DNA of 35,194 nucleotides from Muribaculaceae bacterium (lineage in GTDB: Bacteria; Bacteroidota; Bacteroidia; Bacteroidales; Muribaculaceae), in the NCBI GenBank assembly GCA_017552595.1, contig JAFZPB010000175.1, forward strand, positions 1 through 35,194. The letters run 5' to 3'. The stretch's first letter is position 1, and every line of letters starts with the position of its first letter. Under the pieces are notes generated by a model. The model saw only the letters and a list, made by a program, of their open reading frames with translations. It was not told where the DNA came from and ran no database searches. Positions 1-9,336 of the stretch are shown piece after piece. Position numbers and translations under genes: made by a program.

Positions 1-1077
1 GATGGCGTTGGTGTCCTGATTGCCGTCGTAATAGTCGCCATAGCCGCCGAAGGCCTTGCCCAAACCATGGTCGTAGTAGAGCATGGAAGTGACGCCGTCG
101 AAGCGGAAACCGTCGAAATGGAATTCTTCGAGCCAGTATTTGCAGTTCGACAGTAGGAAGTGAATCACTTCGTTTTTGCCGTAGTCGAAGCAGAGCGAAT
201 CCCATGCGGGATGTTCGCGGCGGTGGTCGCCATAGAAATATTGGTCGGGCGAACCGTCGAGGCGTCCCAGGCCTTCGTTCTCGTTCTTGACGGCGTGGCT
301 GTGGACGATGTCCATGATTACGGCGATGCCACGGCTGTGGGCGTCATCGACGAGATGTTTGAGTTCATCGGGGGTGCCGAAGCGCGACGAGGGCGCGTAG
401 AAGTTCGAGACGTGGTAGCCGAACGAACCGTAGTAGGGGTGTTCTTGGATTGCCATGATTTGAATGGCGTTGTAGCCGTCAGCGTCGATTCGCGGCAGGA
501 TTTCCGTGCGGAATTCCTCATAGGTGCCCACGCCCTCGCGGTTTTGCGCCATACCGATGTGGCATTCGTAGATGAGGAGCGGCGAGGTGTGGGGGCGGAA
601 ATGCCCAGTTTTCCATTTGTAAGGCTCTTCGGGAGCCCACACTTGCGCGGAGAAGATTTTCGTCTGTTCGTCCTGGACCACACGGGTTGCGTAAGCCGGC
701 AGACGTTCGCCGCGGCCCCCTTCCCAATCGACTATCATTTTGAAGAGGTCGCCGTGGTGGAGGTCGTTTTCCCAAAGGTGAAGTTCCCACACACCGTTGC
801 CGATGTTGTGAAGGCGGTATTTCGCCAGTTCCTGCCAGTCGTTAAAATCGCCCACGAGGGTGATGGCGGTGGCGTTGGGTGCCCATTCGCGGAAAATCCA
901 TCCGTCGTGCACGCGGTGCAGACCGAAATAGCGATGGGCGTTAGCAAAATCATTGAGAGTGCCCGACGAAGCCGTCAAATCGGCCTCCTTGCGAATCACG
1001 TCTTCGTGACGGCCATTGATGGCGTCGGCGAACGGTGCAAGCCACGGGTCTTTTTTGAGAATATCAAGTTGTTCCAT
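1..1077 (-). CDS. glgB: 1,4-alpha-glucan branching enzyme (GH13), N-terminal 359 codons; the 3' end runs off the window
   Basis: Not in the ORF track because it is open to the window edge. Manual reverse translation from the ATG (complement of 1075-1077) gives MEQLDILKKDPWLAPFADAINGRH...GDFNDWQ...YECHIGM...DIVHSHA...DGFRFDGVTSMLY. GH13 conserved regions I and II are present. The frame stays open to base 1. Confidence 0.85.
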   Translation of the reverse strand, partial: MEQLDILKKDPWLAPFADAINGRHEDVIRKEADLTASSGTLNDFANAHRYFGLHRVHDGWIFREWAPNATAITLVGDFNDWQELAKYRLHNIGNGVWELHLWENDLHHGDLFKMIVDWEGGRGERLPAYATRVVQDEQTKIFSAQVWAPEEPYKWKTGHFRPHTSPLLIYECHIGMAQNREGVGTYEEFRTEILPRIDADGYNAIQIMAIQEHPYYGSFGYHVSNFYAPSSRFGTPDELKHLVDDAHSRGIAVIMDIVHSHAVKNENEGLGRLDGSPDQYFYGDHRREHPAWDSLCFDYGKNEVIHFLLSNCKYWLEEFHFDGFRFDGVTSMLYYDHGLGKAFGGYGDYYDGNQDTNAI

Positions 1078-1106
1078 GGGATAGAATTTGTTACAATAAT
1101 TATTGG

Positions 1107-1114
1107 CAAATATA
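1107..1114 (-). promoter_or_regulatory. Bacteroidetes-type -7 box TATATTTG (TAnnTTTG), 30 nt upstream of the glgB ATG
   Basis: The plus strand reads caaatata. The reverse complement matches the TAnnTTTG consensus exactly. Confidence 0.4.
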
Positions 1115-1403
1115 GTCATTTACTCTCAAATAAGCAATAAAAATTTGATAATTATGATTTATGAGAGATGATTAGAATTTAAGTTTCGGGCCGGTGTACG
1201 AGACTTCGTCTCGCATTACATCGACAAGCGGGAAAAACCGCATTGTAAAATTCTTGAATAATTAATGGAAATTCGTGTTAAGGTGTCTGTGAAATCTGTG
1301 TGATGCAGGTGAAAAGTGGCGAAAATGCGGATTTTTTGAAATTTATTGCCGAGAAACTTGCCCGAATCAAAAATAGTGTGTTACTTTGCGTCGCAATTGA
1401 GAT

Positions 1404-1481
1404 AGGGGCGTAGCCCAGCTGGTTTAGAGCGCTGCAGTCACATTGCAGAGGTCATCGGTTCGATCCCGATCGTCCCTACCA
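1404..1481 (+). tRNA. tRNA-Val (anticodon CAC), CCA encoded
   Basis: Hand-folded cloverleaf. Acceptor stem is AGGGGCG/CGTCCCT. Anticodon stem CTGCA/TGCAG carries the loop GT-CAC-AT. T arm is ATCGG-TTCGATC-CCGAT, followed by discriminator A and CCA. Confidence 0.9.
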
Positions 1482-1489
1482 AACAACCG

Positions 1490-1526
1490 ACTCCTCGACC
1501 GAAACATCGGCCGGGGAGTTTTTTTA
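1490..1526 (+). terminator. Rho-independent terminator after tRNA-Val
   Basis: Stem ACTCCTCGACCG / CGGCCGGGGAGT has one mismatch and one G-U pair, with loop AAACAT. A run of 7 T follows. Confidence 0.75.
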
Positions 1527-1692
1527 TCGGTTTAAAAAAAATGGAGAGAAAAGTTTTTCAGAAAATACTATTAAAAAGTGTTTCCAAATGTGAAAATAAG
1601 TAAAATTTGAATGGTTGAGCCCTGTTTTTGTGTAAATTGATGTAAATATAAGTTAAATAGTGTGAAATTTGGCATTTTTTTTCGGAAATATT

Positions 1693-1722
1693 TTTGCAGT
1701 ATTCAAAAAGTTTGTAATTTTG
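1693..1722 (+). promoter_or_regulatory. Candidate promoter: -33 TTTG (1693-1696) and -7 TAATTTTG (1715-1722)
   Basis: Exact TAnnTTTG, with a TTTG 18 nt upstream, inside an AT-rich intergenic region. Confidence 0.4.
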
Positions 1723-1763
1723 CATCGTGTTTTTCATGGTATTAGATTTAAGGTTAAGGAAGA

Positions 1764-1793
1764 TTATTTGTCGTGAGACAAATAATTTTTTTT
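1764..1793 (+). terminator. Hairpin plus T8, an intrinsic terminator-like element about 40 nt downstream of the candidate promoter
   Basis: Perfect 9-bp stem TTATTTGTC / GACAAATAA with loop GTGA, followed by TTTTTTTT. Confidence 0.55.
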
Positions 1794-1877
1794 GTACCTG
1801 TTCGAAATTGAATATTTGACCAGTCCCGCAGTTCAATCAAATCGGATTTTGGCGAGGTATTTGCATTTTTCCATATT

Positions 1878-2354
1878 ATGATATTATCCGCGTTTTATCA
1901 ATCGGTAGAGTTTTATGTTATCGCATTCCTTGTGGCTGCGGTGATATTGGCGTTTTCAATGAAACCGCCGAAGAAGGGCGAGGCGCGCACATTCCTATTG
2001 GCGGGTGAGTTGTCGGCCGACGGCGAAGGCGAACCGTCAATCTATCTTGAAGCGATGGAATCGGGATATGTCAAATTAGTAAGAACAGGAGTCGAGGGCG
2101 TAAATTCCAACGGTGCGGTAAGTTTGGCTGTCCGACTTGAAGGATTCGATGTCGTTATTGAGGAGCGGTTGGTAAAAGGCCGCGAAGACGAAAACGCCAC
2201 GCCCGTCAATAGTGCGGAATTTCTGTTCGACTTTTTCGGCCGCGAACGCTACCACATACGTTATCAATCCGAATCGACAGGACTTTTTGCCGTTGCCACG
2301 CTCAACAACCGCCCTGGCTATAAAGTGTCAAAGCCCCTCAGCGTGAAGAGTTAA
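1878..2354 (+). CDS. Hypothetical protein with an N-terminal transmembrane helix (158 aa)
   Basis: ATG-initiated ORF. The N-terminus FYVIAFLVAAVILAF is hydrophobic. I recognise no family. Composition is normal compared with the AT-rich upstream DNA. Confidence 0.5.
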   Translation: MILSAFYQSVEFYVIAFLVAAVILAFSMKPPKKGEARTFLLAGELSADGEGEPSIYLEAMESGYVKLVRTGVEGVNSNGAVSLAVRLEGFDVVIEERLVKGREDENATPVNSAEFLFDFFGRERYHIRYQSESTGLFAVATLNNRPGYKVSKPLSVKS

Positions 2355-2415
2355 TCATCCGCGGATATCTCGCTTTGGCATCTCCACGAGCCGCTTAACA
2401 ATTCCTAAGTATATA

Positions 2416-5163
2416 TCAGTGTGCTTCGAGCCAGTTTGCTCCTGTGCCGACGCCCACTTCAAGAGGCACACGACCTTTGTAGGCTTCCATCATATTGCTG
2501 ACAACCAATCGGCGGAGTGTTTCCATCTCGGCGGGATATACGTTGAACACCAATTCGTCGTGGACCTGAAGAATCATCTTCGAGCGCAGGCCGAGTGCGC
2601 GGATGTCGCGGGCGATGCGAATCATGGCAATTTTAATAATGTCGGCAGCCGAACCCTGAATCGGGGCGTTTACGGCGTTTCGTTCGGCGAAACTCCGAAC
2701 AACGGCGTTGCGTGAGTTGATGTCGGGAAGCATGCGTTTGCGGCCCTTGATTGTGGTGACATAGCCTTTCTCGCGAGCATTTTCGACGCTTTTGTCGATA
2801 TATGCCTTTATGCCCGGATAGGTTTCGAAATAGCCGTCGATAAGTTGTTTGGCTTCACCGCGCGGGATGTGAAGTCGTTCCGACAGTCCGAATGCCGAGA
2901 TGCCGTAGATGATGCCGAAGTTGGCGGTTTTGGCGCGACGGCGTTGTTCGTCGGTGACCGCCGAAATATCCTCTTTGAAGATTTTGGCGGCTGTGGCGCG
3001 GTGGATGTCATGGCCCGACAGGAACGCCTCGACCATATTCTTGTCGCCTGAAATGTCGGCGATTACGCGAAGTTCGATTTGCGAATAGTCGGCCGACATA
3101 AGCGTGCAACCCGCTTCAGGCACGAAGGCGCGGCGGATTTCGCGTCCGTCGTCGGTGCGGATGGGAATGTTCTGCAGATTGGGGTTGGCGGATGAGATTC
3201 TGCCCGTGGCGGTGACCGTTTGGTTGAACGAGGTGTGGATTTTGCCTGTTCTCGGGTTGACAAGTCCGGGCAGGGCGTTGATATATGTCGAGAGCAGTTT
3301 TCGCAATTTCCGAACGTTGAGGATTAGGTCAACAATGCGATGGTCGGCGCGATGATGCTCAAGGATTTCCTCGGTAGTGGAGAACGCTCCGGTTTTGGTG
3401 CGTTTCGCCTTAGGGTCGATTCTCATTTCGCCGAACAGCACTTCTCCCACTTGCAGGGGCGACGCCACGTTGAACTTATGACCGGCGATTTGGAAAATTT
3501 CCGCTTCCATTTCGTCGATTCTGTTATTGAGAGAAGTATGGTTGCGGCTCAACTCGTCTTTGTCGAGGCGTATGCCTTCGATTTCCATATCGGCAAGGAC
3601 TGTGACAAACGGGATTTCAATGTCGTTGAGCAGCGACGTTTGCCCTTCTTTCTCAATGGCTTCGCTCAACGGGGCGACAAGTCGGCGAACGCAGTCGGCA
3701 GCCTCTATGAAAGCGGCACGAGCCCCTTCTGGTTGCGATTCTCCTCGCTTAAGTTCGATGAATTTGTCGGTATCCTCTATCATTCGGTTGTTGAGGTAGG
3801 CATAGGCTATCGACGGGAGCGAATGACGATGCTCGGGGTCAAGGATGTAGTGGGCCACGGAAATGTCGAAATAGCGGACTGAGAATGGGATGTCGAGATT
3901 ATGGAGAATGATATAGTCGCGTTTGACGTCGTGGCTGGCGATAACGGTGTCGTTGGCGCTGAACAGGCGACGGATATGCGGCAATGTGGCATCGTTGAAG
4001 TCGATGTAAACGGTTCTGCCATCGGCGATTGAGAGCGCCAAACCATTGAATTTCGCCGTCATAGCCGCCTTGCCTATTGCATTGACAGCCACTCCGACAA
4101 GGGCGGATTTCATAGCCTCGTCAACCGCCTGCGCCGCTTCAAGGCCGGTGGTTATGACGGCCGTTTCTGCGGCCGACGACACTTGTGCGGCAGGAGCGGG
4201 CTCATCGTAAACGATGTCGAACAGGCCCATGTCACCGTTATTATCAGGCACTTCTTCAACTTGGGTTTCGACTTTTTGTTCAGGAATTTCAGCCTGTGAT
4301 TCTTTGATTTTGGCGATAAAACTGCGGAATTCGAGTTCGGAATAAATCGACAGAAGCCGGTCGGTGTCCTCGTCGCCGCGCGTCATCTCGTTGAAGTCGA
4401 TGTCAACAGGAACGTCGGTTTTTATCGTCACGAGAAATTTCGAGAAAAGGATTTTATCGACGTTTTCCTTGATTTTCGTTTGGAGCGAACCTTTGATTTT
4501 GTCAGCGTTTGCAATCACACCTTCCACCGTTTCCCAATCCGACAGGAGTTTGACGGCGGTTTTTTCGCCCACGCCAGGGCAACCCGGGATATTGTCGGAA
4601 GCGTCGCCTTCAAGGGCGAGCAGGTCGATTACCTGTTCGGGACGTTTCAGCCCATAGAGAGCGCACACTTCTTTCGGTCCGCGCAGTTCGTAGCCCCCTT
4701 TGGAAGACGGACGGTATATAAACGTGTGGTCGCTGACGAGTTGGCCGTAGTCCTTGTCGGAAGTCATCATAAGAGTGGTAAAACCTTCTCGCTCGGCGGC
4801 TTTTGCGATAGTGCCCGCAACGTCGTCGGCCTCATAGCCGTCAACTTCGTAAACGCGGATATTGCGGGCTTTCAGGATGTCCTTGATATATGGAACGGAA
4901 AGTGTGATGTCCTCGGGTTGTGCATCGCGCTGCGCCTTGTACTCGGGATAGGCATCGTGGCGGAAAGTGCCCCCTCGTGGGTCGAAACAGACTGCTATAT
5001 GAGTAGGCGATTCGCGGCGGATAACGTCGTCGATTGCGTTGCAAAAGCCGAAGATGGCGGAGGTGTTCAGCCCCTTCGAAGTGGTGCGAGGCGCACGTAT
5101 AAGGGCATAATAAGCGCGATATATGATTGCGTAGGCATCTACAAGAACGAGTTTCTTTTCCAT
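2416..5163 (-). CDS. polA: DNA polymerase I (5'-3' exonuclease, 3'-5' exonuclease-like and polymerase domains)
   Basis: 915 aa. N-terminus is LVLVDAYAIIYRAYYA. Pol A motifs are present: DYSQIELRV, RRRAKTANFGIIYG, QVHDEL. Confidence 0.95.
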   Translation of the reverse strand: MEKKLVLVDAYAIIYRAYYALIRAPRTTSKGLNTSAIFGFCNAIDDVIRRESPTHIAVCFDPRGGTFRHDAYPEYKAQRDAQPEDITLSVPYIKDILKARNIRVYEVDGYEADDVAGTIAKAAEREGFTTLMMTSDKDYGQLVSDHTFIYRPSSKGGYELRGPKEVCALYGLKRPEQVIDLLALEGDASDNIPGCPGVGEKTAVKLLSDWETVEGVIANADKIKGSLQTKIKENVDKILFSKFLVTIKTDVPVDIDFNEMTRGDEDTDRLLSIYSELEFRSFIAKIKESQAEIPEQKVETQVEEVPDNNGDMGLFDIVYDEPAPAAQVSSAAETAVITTGLEAAQAVDEAMKSALVGVAVNAIGKAAMTAKFNGLALSIADGRTVYIDFNDATLPHIRRLFSANDTVIASHDVKRDYIILHNLDIPFSVRYFDISVAHYILDPEHRHSLPSIAYAYLNNRMIEDTDKFIELKRGESQPEGARAAFIEAADCVRRLVAPLSEAIEKEGQTSLLNDIEIPFVTVLADMEIEGIRLDKDELSRNHTSLNNRIDEMEAEIFQIAGHKFNVASPLQVGEVLFGEMRIDPKAKRTKTGAFSTTEEILEHHRADHRIVDLILNVRKLRKLLSTYINALPGLVNPRTGKIHTSFNQTVTATGRISSANPNLQNIPIRTDDGREIRRAFVPEAGCTLMSADYSQIELRVIADISGDKNMVEAFLSGHDIHRATAAKIFKEDISAVTDEQRRRAKTANFGIIYGISAFGLSERLHIPRGEAKQLIDGYFETYPGIKAYIDKSVENAREKGYVTTIKGRKRMLPDINSRNAVVRSFAERNAVNAPIQGSAADIIKIAMIRIARDIRALGLRSKMILQVHDELVFNVYPAEMETLRRLVVSNMMEAYKGRVPLEVGVGTGANWLEAH

Positions 5164-5269
5164 ATCGAGGACATATAACGATTAGTCGGTGTAAATTTAG
5201 CGAAAATCCCCGACATTTCGCCAACAATGACAAAAAAACTTCATCGAAACCGTTACAGTGGAGAGTGCG

Positions 5270-8200
5270 TCAATTGAGCAACGGGTCGTCGTCGCCTTCG
5301 CTGCCTGTCGGATAGTCGGGCAACTTCGGCTTAGCGGGAGTTTCAGGCTTTTTGGGCTCGGGCTTCTTTGGCTCGGGCTTCTTCGGCTCGGGCTTCTTCG
5401 GCTCCGGCTTTTTAGGTTCTGCGGCCTTTTGGGTATCCGGCTTCTTCGGCTCAGTTTTCTTTGATTCCGTCGGCTTTTGAGTCTCAGCCTTTTTCTGTTC
5501 CTTCGCCTTGTCGGAAGCCTTTTCCTCTTTCTTCTTGTCAGCCTTCTTTTCTTTACTATCCTTCTTCTCTTTCTTGTCGGAAGGTTTGACGGCCTTGTCG
5601 GTCTTCTTGTCGGTCGACTCGTCGCCTTCAATGGCTTCGTCGTCATCTTCGCTTTCGGGGATGTTTTCATCCTCTACTTTGTTGATGGTTTCCTCGCCAA
5701 CGAAGATTAGGTATTCTTCGAGCGAACGCCCTTGTGTGATAAGCACGTTGAAGTTGTCCTCGCTGATGATGATTGGTCTAACTCCTGTGAGGTCAAGACC
5801 CTTTGCCTCGTTGAGCGACGATTTATAGTGGGCGGCTTCGGCCATGTTGCGCATACCTTTGACAACGAGCAGACCAAGATTTCCGAACTGGTATTGCTGG
5901 AGGTCGAAGTCGCGGACAACATAGGTGGTGAAGTTATAGCGAGCCACATCGTAGAGCACCTTGTTCGCCACAATTGTGTCGGTATTATATGCGAACATCA
6001 CCATATGCGGCACCGAATCGTTCAGAGCAAATTCTGCGGGTTTGTCGGATGCGGTGAGAGTGGAGTCGTTGGTGAGACGCTGGCTCCAAATCATTCCTCG
6101 AAGGTTCGACGACGTCTCTTGCAGTTTGCGTCCTTGGCTAAGTCCCTTCAGATATGCCGTGGCGAGGTCGGTCATGTCGGTGTTGGGATATTTTTCGAGC
6201 ATCGTTTTAAGTGCCTCCTGGAATTTCTCGGAGTTGCGTTCGGTGACGTACGTCAGGGCGTTGATGAACATAAATTTCGGCATCAGCGGGCTAAGGGGAT
6301 ATTTTGCCTGCACATGGCTGAATGCGTCGTGGACCGCTTTGTTGTTGCCTTCGAGATAATCTTCGTAGGCGTTGAGGTAGAGAGCCTCCTGCTGGTCGTT
6401 CATCTGACGGAGAGCGTCGAAATAGTTGGGGTCGGCCATCGCCGAAGCGTAACTCGAAGTGGGGAATTCGCTCATAATGAGTTGGCGGTAGGTTTCGGCT
6501 TTCGCTGTTTTGCCTTGCCGCATCATCATTAGATAAATATTGTAATAGACGTCGAGACGATAGACGTTGTCGGGATAGCGAGTGAGAAGTCGGTTAAATT
6601 CCGCTTCCGCGGCGGGGAAGTCCTCAAGTTTATCCTTAAGGATTATGCCCATATTGTAGAGACCTTCCTGAATGATATCGTTCGACGTTTGGCGCTCATC
6701 GTCGGTTTTGGGGATTTGCTTGAGATAGAATTCGGGGTAGTGGGGGTCTTGTTCGTGGGCGAGTTGTTCTTTCTCCCCCTCTTTCTTTTTGTCCAAAGCC
6801 CTGCGTTCCTCGTCGGTCATTTCTATTGAATCGGTTGCCTCGGAGTTGTCGTCCGCTTCGGCTTGGTCAAAATCGCTCATGTCGAACGATGACTTGTTGC
6901 GGCGTCGCCAGTTGTCTTCGAGTTTACGACTTCCCCATCGTTTTTGGAATTCGGCCTTTCCGGCGTTACGCACCGAAGTGTTGTAGAAATACCATGAGTT
7001 GTCGCTGTTCATGACAAACGATTTCGGAGCATTCGCCGCATTTTGATTCAATCCGTTCCCCGCTGCGCCCTGTTTGGCAAGATATTCCTCCATTTGCGCT
7101 TGTTCGGCTTCTTCTTTCTCCTTCTTTTTGAGGTCGTCGATTATTTTGTTGACGATTTTTAGTTGTTGTTCTTCGGTCATAGCCGAAAGGCGGAGCAGTG
7201 AATCCTGAAGGGTGACATTCTGCGAATAAACGGCAAGTTCGTCGAGCACGCTGCTTCTTCGCTTCAAGGCTTCGTAATTGGGGTAAGTTTCGGGGAGTTG
7301 CGGCAAGGCTTCGGTATAACAGGGTTGTGCCTTGTCGTAGAGGTGTTGGTCGAAGTAAATCCCGCCGAGGGTGATGTTGTTGATGGCCTTGTCGATGCCG
7401 TTGCGAGTGGATTTCTCGTTGGCGAGGACATAGTTTTCGACGGCATGGACAGTGTCGTTACGAGTGAGGTAGAGGTTGCCGATGGCGTAGTAGATTTGGT
7501 CGAGATACTCCTTGTTTCTGCCGTAGCGGGTCATTCGCTTAAGGGCCTTTACCTCTGGCTCGATGTTTTTGCCGGCATACACTTCGCTCTGTTTGATTCG
7601 GGCGTTGAATTTCGTGCGGTAGGGAGCGGAATTGCTGCCTGCTGCTACGCCGTAGGCTTTGTAAGCGAGGTCGCGGTTTCCGTCGAGCGCATATAACTGG
7701 CCGAGCAGGAAGTTAAGTCGTGTTTTCTGCGAACCTTTCGCAAGCGATGCGGCTGTGGCGAGATAAGGGATGGCTTTCGTCTTGTCGGCGGTTTTGGTGT
7801 AATAGTCGGCGTAAGCGAAGTTGTATGCCTCGATGAGTTTCTTTGTGGTTAAATCGGCGGGCTTGACATGGACAAGCAAGTTTTCAGCCTCGTAGGTCCA
7901 CTCCATTGCGCTATAACTTCTCGACTGCCATAATTCCGCCTCAAGGATAGTTTCGGGCAGCCATGTGAAGTGTTTCGAAATATAATAGAATGTCGATGCG
8001 GCTCCGAGGAAGTCGCCATTCATATATTGGCTCTTTCCCATCAGCATCCAAGCGTTGTGTATAAACGGGTTGAATTCTTCGCGTTTCAACCAAGCCTTAT
8101 ATTTGGCGTCGGCTTTGCCCGATTTGCGTTTCGGACGTTTTTTTATCGAGTGAAGTTGGATAGCCTTTTGGGCTTTTTCAATCGAACGGGTGAACGAGCC

Positions 8201-8494
8201 TTCCGGTTGGGGCGCTTTTGGATAGTTTTTCGCTTCGGCAGGGTGCATCAATACGAGACTGCTATAGTCGTCCTCGTATTTCGTTTCCATGTCCTTGAGC
8301 GTCTCCTTGTAATGCTCAATGCCGTTGTAATAGACATTGTATTTTGTTGTAAATGCCTGATAACGACGGTTAAACGCCGTGTTCTTTTTTGTGCTGCACG
8401 ACGTTGCCGCAAGTATTGCGACGAGGGTTAATATGAGCGGTAGGCGTTTCAAGAGCCGATAATCATTTGGCCGCTGTTTCCGGCGGCTTCTCAT
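5270..8494 (-). CDS. porW: T9SS lipoprotein PorW/SprE (TPR-rich) with a long charged C-terminal tail
   Basis: 1074 aa. Lipoprotein-like signal LVAILAATSC is followed by STKKNTAFNRRYQAFTTKYNVYYNG, which is characteristic of SprE/PorW N-termini. The body is TPR-like. The family call is from memory, not a search. Confidence 0.8.
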   Translation of the reverse strand: MRSRRKQRPNDYRLLKRLPLILTLVAILAATSCSTKKNTAFNRRYQAFTTKYNVYYNGIEHYKETLKDMETKYEDDYSSLVLMHPAEAKNYPKAPQPEGSFTRSIEKAQKAIQLHSIKKRPKRKSGKADAKYKAWLKREEFNPFIHNAWMLMGKSQYMNGDFLGAASTFYYISKHFTWLPETILEAELWQSRSYSAMEWTYEAENLLVHVKPADLTTKKLIEAYNFAYADYYTKTADKTKAIPYLATAASLAKGSQKTRLNFLLGQLYALDGNRDLAYKAYGVAAGSNSAPYRTKFNARIKQSEVYAGKNIEPEVKALKRMTRYGRNKEYLDQIYYAIGNLYLTRNDTVHAVENYVLANEKSTRNGIDKAINNITLGGIYFDQHLYDKAQPCYTEALPQLPETYPNYEALKRRSSVLDELAVYSQNVTLQDSLLRLSAMTEEQQLKIVNKIIDDLKKKEKEEAEQAQMEEYLAKQGAAGNGLNQNAANAPKSFVMNSDNSWYFYNTSVRNAGKAEFQKRWGSRKLEDNWRRRNKSSFDMSDFDQAEADDNSEATDSIEMTDEERRALDKKKEGEKEQLAHEQDPHYPEFYLKQIPKTDDERQTSNDIIQEGLYNMGIILKDKLEDFPAAEAEFNRLLTRYPDNVYRLDVYYNIYLMMMRQGKTAKAETYRQLIMSEFPTSSYASAMADPNYFDALRQMNDQQEALYLNAYEDYLEGNNKAVHDAFSHVQAKYPLSPLMPKFMFINALTYVTERNSEKFQEALKTMLEKYPNTDMTDLATAYLKGLSQGRKLQETSSNLRGMIWSQRLTNDSTLTASDKPAEFALNDSVPHMVMFAYNTDTIVANKVLYDVARYNFTTYVVRDFDLQQYQFGNLGLLVVKGMRNMAEAAHYKSSLNEAKGLDLTGVRPIIISEDNFNVLITQGRSLEEYLIFVGEETINKVEDENIPESEDDDEAIEGDESTDKKTDKAVKPSDKKEKKDSKEKKADKKKEEKASDKAKEQKKAETQKPTESKKTEPKKPDTQKAAEPKKPEPKKPEPKKPEPKKPEPKKPETPAKPKLPDYPTGSEGDDDPLLN
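5340..5414. repeat. Tandem 15-bp coding repeat, about 5 units (ggctcgggcttcttc), encoding (PEPKK)n in the PorW tail
   Basis: Direct reading shows units starting at 5355, 5370, 5385 and 5400, plus a degenerate unit upstream. The protein reads EPKKPEPKKPEPKKPEPKKPEPKKPE. Confidence 0.85.
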
Positions 8495-9336
8495 TATTTA
8501 ACGCGCGAGGCGTGTAGTTTATTGTTTTTGCGTCGATTGCTGAATGACTGGACAACTTTGCAAATGATATAGACCAACGTCAGAATAATAACGATGATGG
8601 GCGAGCAGGGAATGTCGATTACTGCGGCGATGAACAACGAAGCCACGCACGCCAAGAGCGACACCACAATCGAGCAAATCATAATTTCGCGGAAGTGATG
8701 ATATCGGATTTCGGCTATCATCTGCGGCAGGGATAGCATCGACATTAGGAGCATTATCCCGATAAGACGGATGGTCAACACGATGCAAATGGCAATCATG
8801 ACGGTCATCACCGTGGAAATCAACCTCACGGGCATGCCGCTGACTCGGGCGAAATCCTTGTCGAAAGCCGTTGCCACGATTTTGTCGAAAAACAATGCGA
8901 AAAACGCTATCAGCACTGCGGTGAAAATGGCAAAGGCGATAAGGTCGGAAACGGTGATTGTCAGGATGTTGCCGAAAAGAAACGAGTTGAGGTCGGGTGC
9001 GAGTCCGGGGGTTAGGAAAACGAACATCACGCCGATGGCCATGCCCACAGCCCAAACGGCGGCAATTGCAGAGTCTTCGCGGATTCGCTGCCGCGACGAA
9101 AGCCATTCCACGCCCGCCGAAGAGACTACGGCGAAAACAGTTGCCATCGCTATCGGACTGACGCCGAAGAAATAGCCTAATCCCAAACCGCCGAAGCATG
9201 CGTGGGTAATACCTCCGGCGATGGCGGTCATCCGTCGGGTGACGATGTAGGTGCCGATTATTGCCGATGCCACCGAAATAAGCACTACGGCAATAAGCGC
9301 ATATTGGAAAAATGTGTAGGAAAAAATTTCGGTCAT
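8494..9336 (-). CDS. Metal ABC transporter permease (ABC-3 / ZnuB-TroC family)
   Basis: 280 aa and polytopic. The N-terminus FQYALIAVVLISVASAIIGTYIVTRRMTAIAGGITHACFGGLGLGYF is typical of ABC-3 permeases. Its stop overlaps the porW ATG by 1 nt (TAATG). Confidence 0.85.
   Translation of the reverse strand: MTEIFSYTFFQYALIAVVLISVASAIIGTYIVTRRMTAIAGGITHACFGGLGLGYFFGVSPIAMATVFAVVSSAGVEWLSSRQRIREDSAIAAVWAVGMAIGVMFVFLTPGLAPDLNSFLFGNILTITVSDLIAFAIFTAVLIAFFALFFDKIVATAFDKDFARVSGMPVRLISTVMTVMIAICIVLTIRLIGIMLLMSMLSLPQMIAEIRYHHFREIMICSIVVSLLACVASLFIAAVIDIPCSPIIVIILTLVYIICKVVQSFSNRRKNNKLHASRVK

Noticed and set aside
160-1140. 326-aa plus-strand ORF
   Set aside because: It is antisense to a clearly recognisable GH13 branching-enzyme reading frame. 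Its Val/Ala/Gly/Arg-rich composition is typical of a shadow ORF, and I see no recognisable motifs.
1558-1836. 92-aa minus-strand ORF in the AT-rich spacer
   Set aside because: It is low-complexity and Asn/Lys/Phe/Ile-rich. It spans a promoter-like and a terminator-like signal and has no support.
2346-2355. 10-bp perfect palindrome ATCCGCGGAT between the convergent genes, as a possible terminator
   Set aside because: It has no loop and no T-tract, and is probably a chance palindrome.
1482-2415. Genomic island integrated at the 3' end of tRNA-Val
   Set aside because: There is no integrase and no direct repeat of the tRNA 3' end downstream. The region holds only an AT-rich spacer and one small hypothetical gene.
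3340-5178. Plus-strand ORFs of 180 aa and 232 aa
   Set aside because: They are antisense to polA and are shadow ORFs.
5197-5670. 157-aa Arg/Lys/Pro-rich minus-strand ORF
   Set aside because: It is an out-of-frame reading of the repetitive PorW tail. The PorW frame is continuous with the TPR body.
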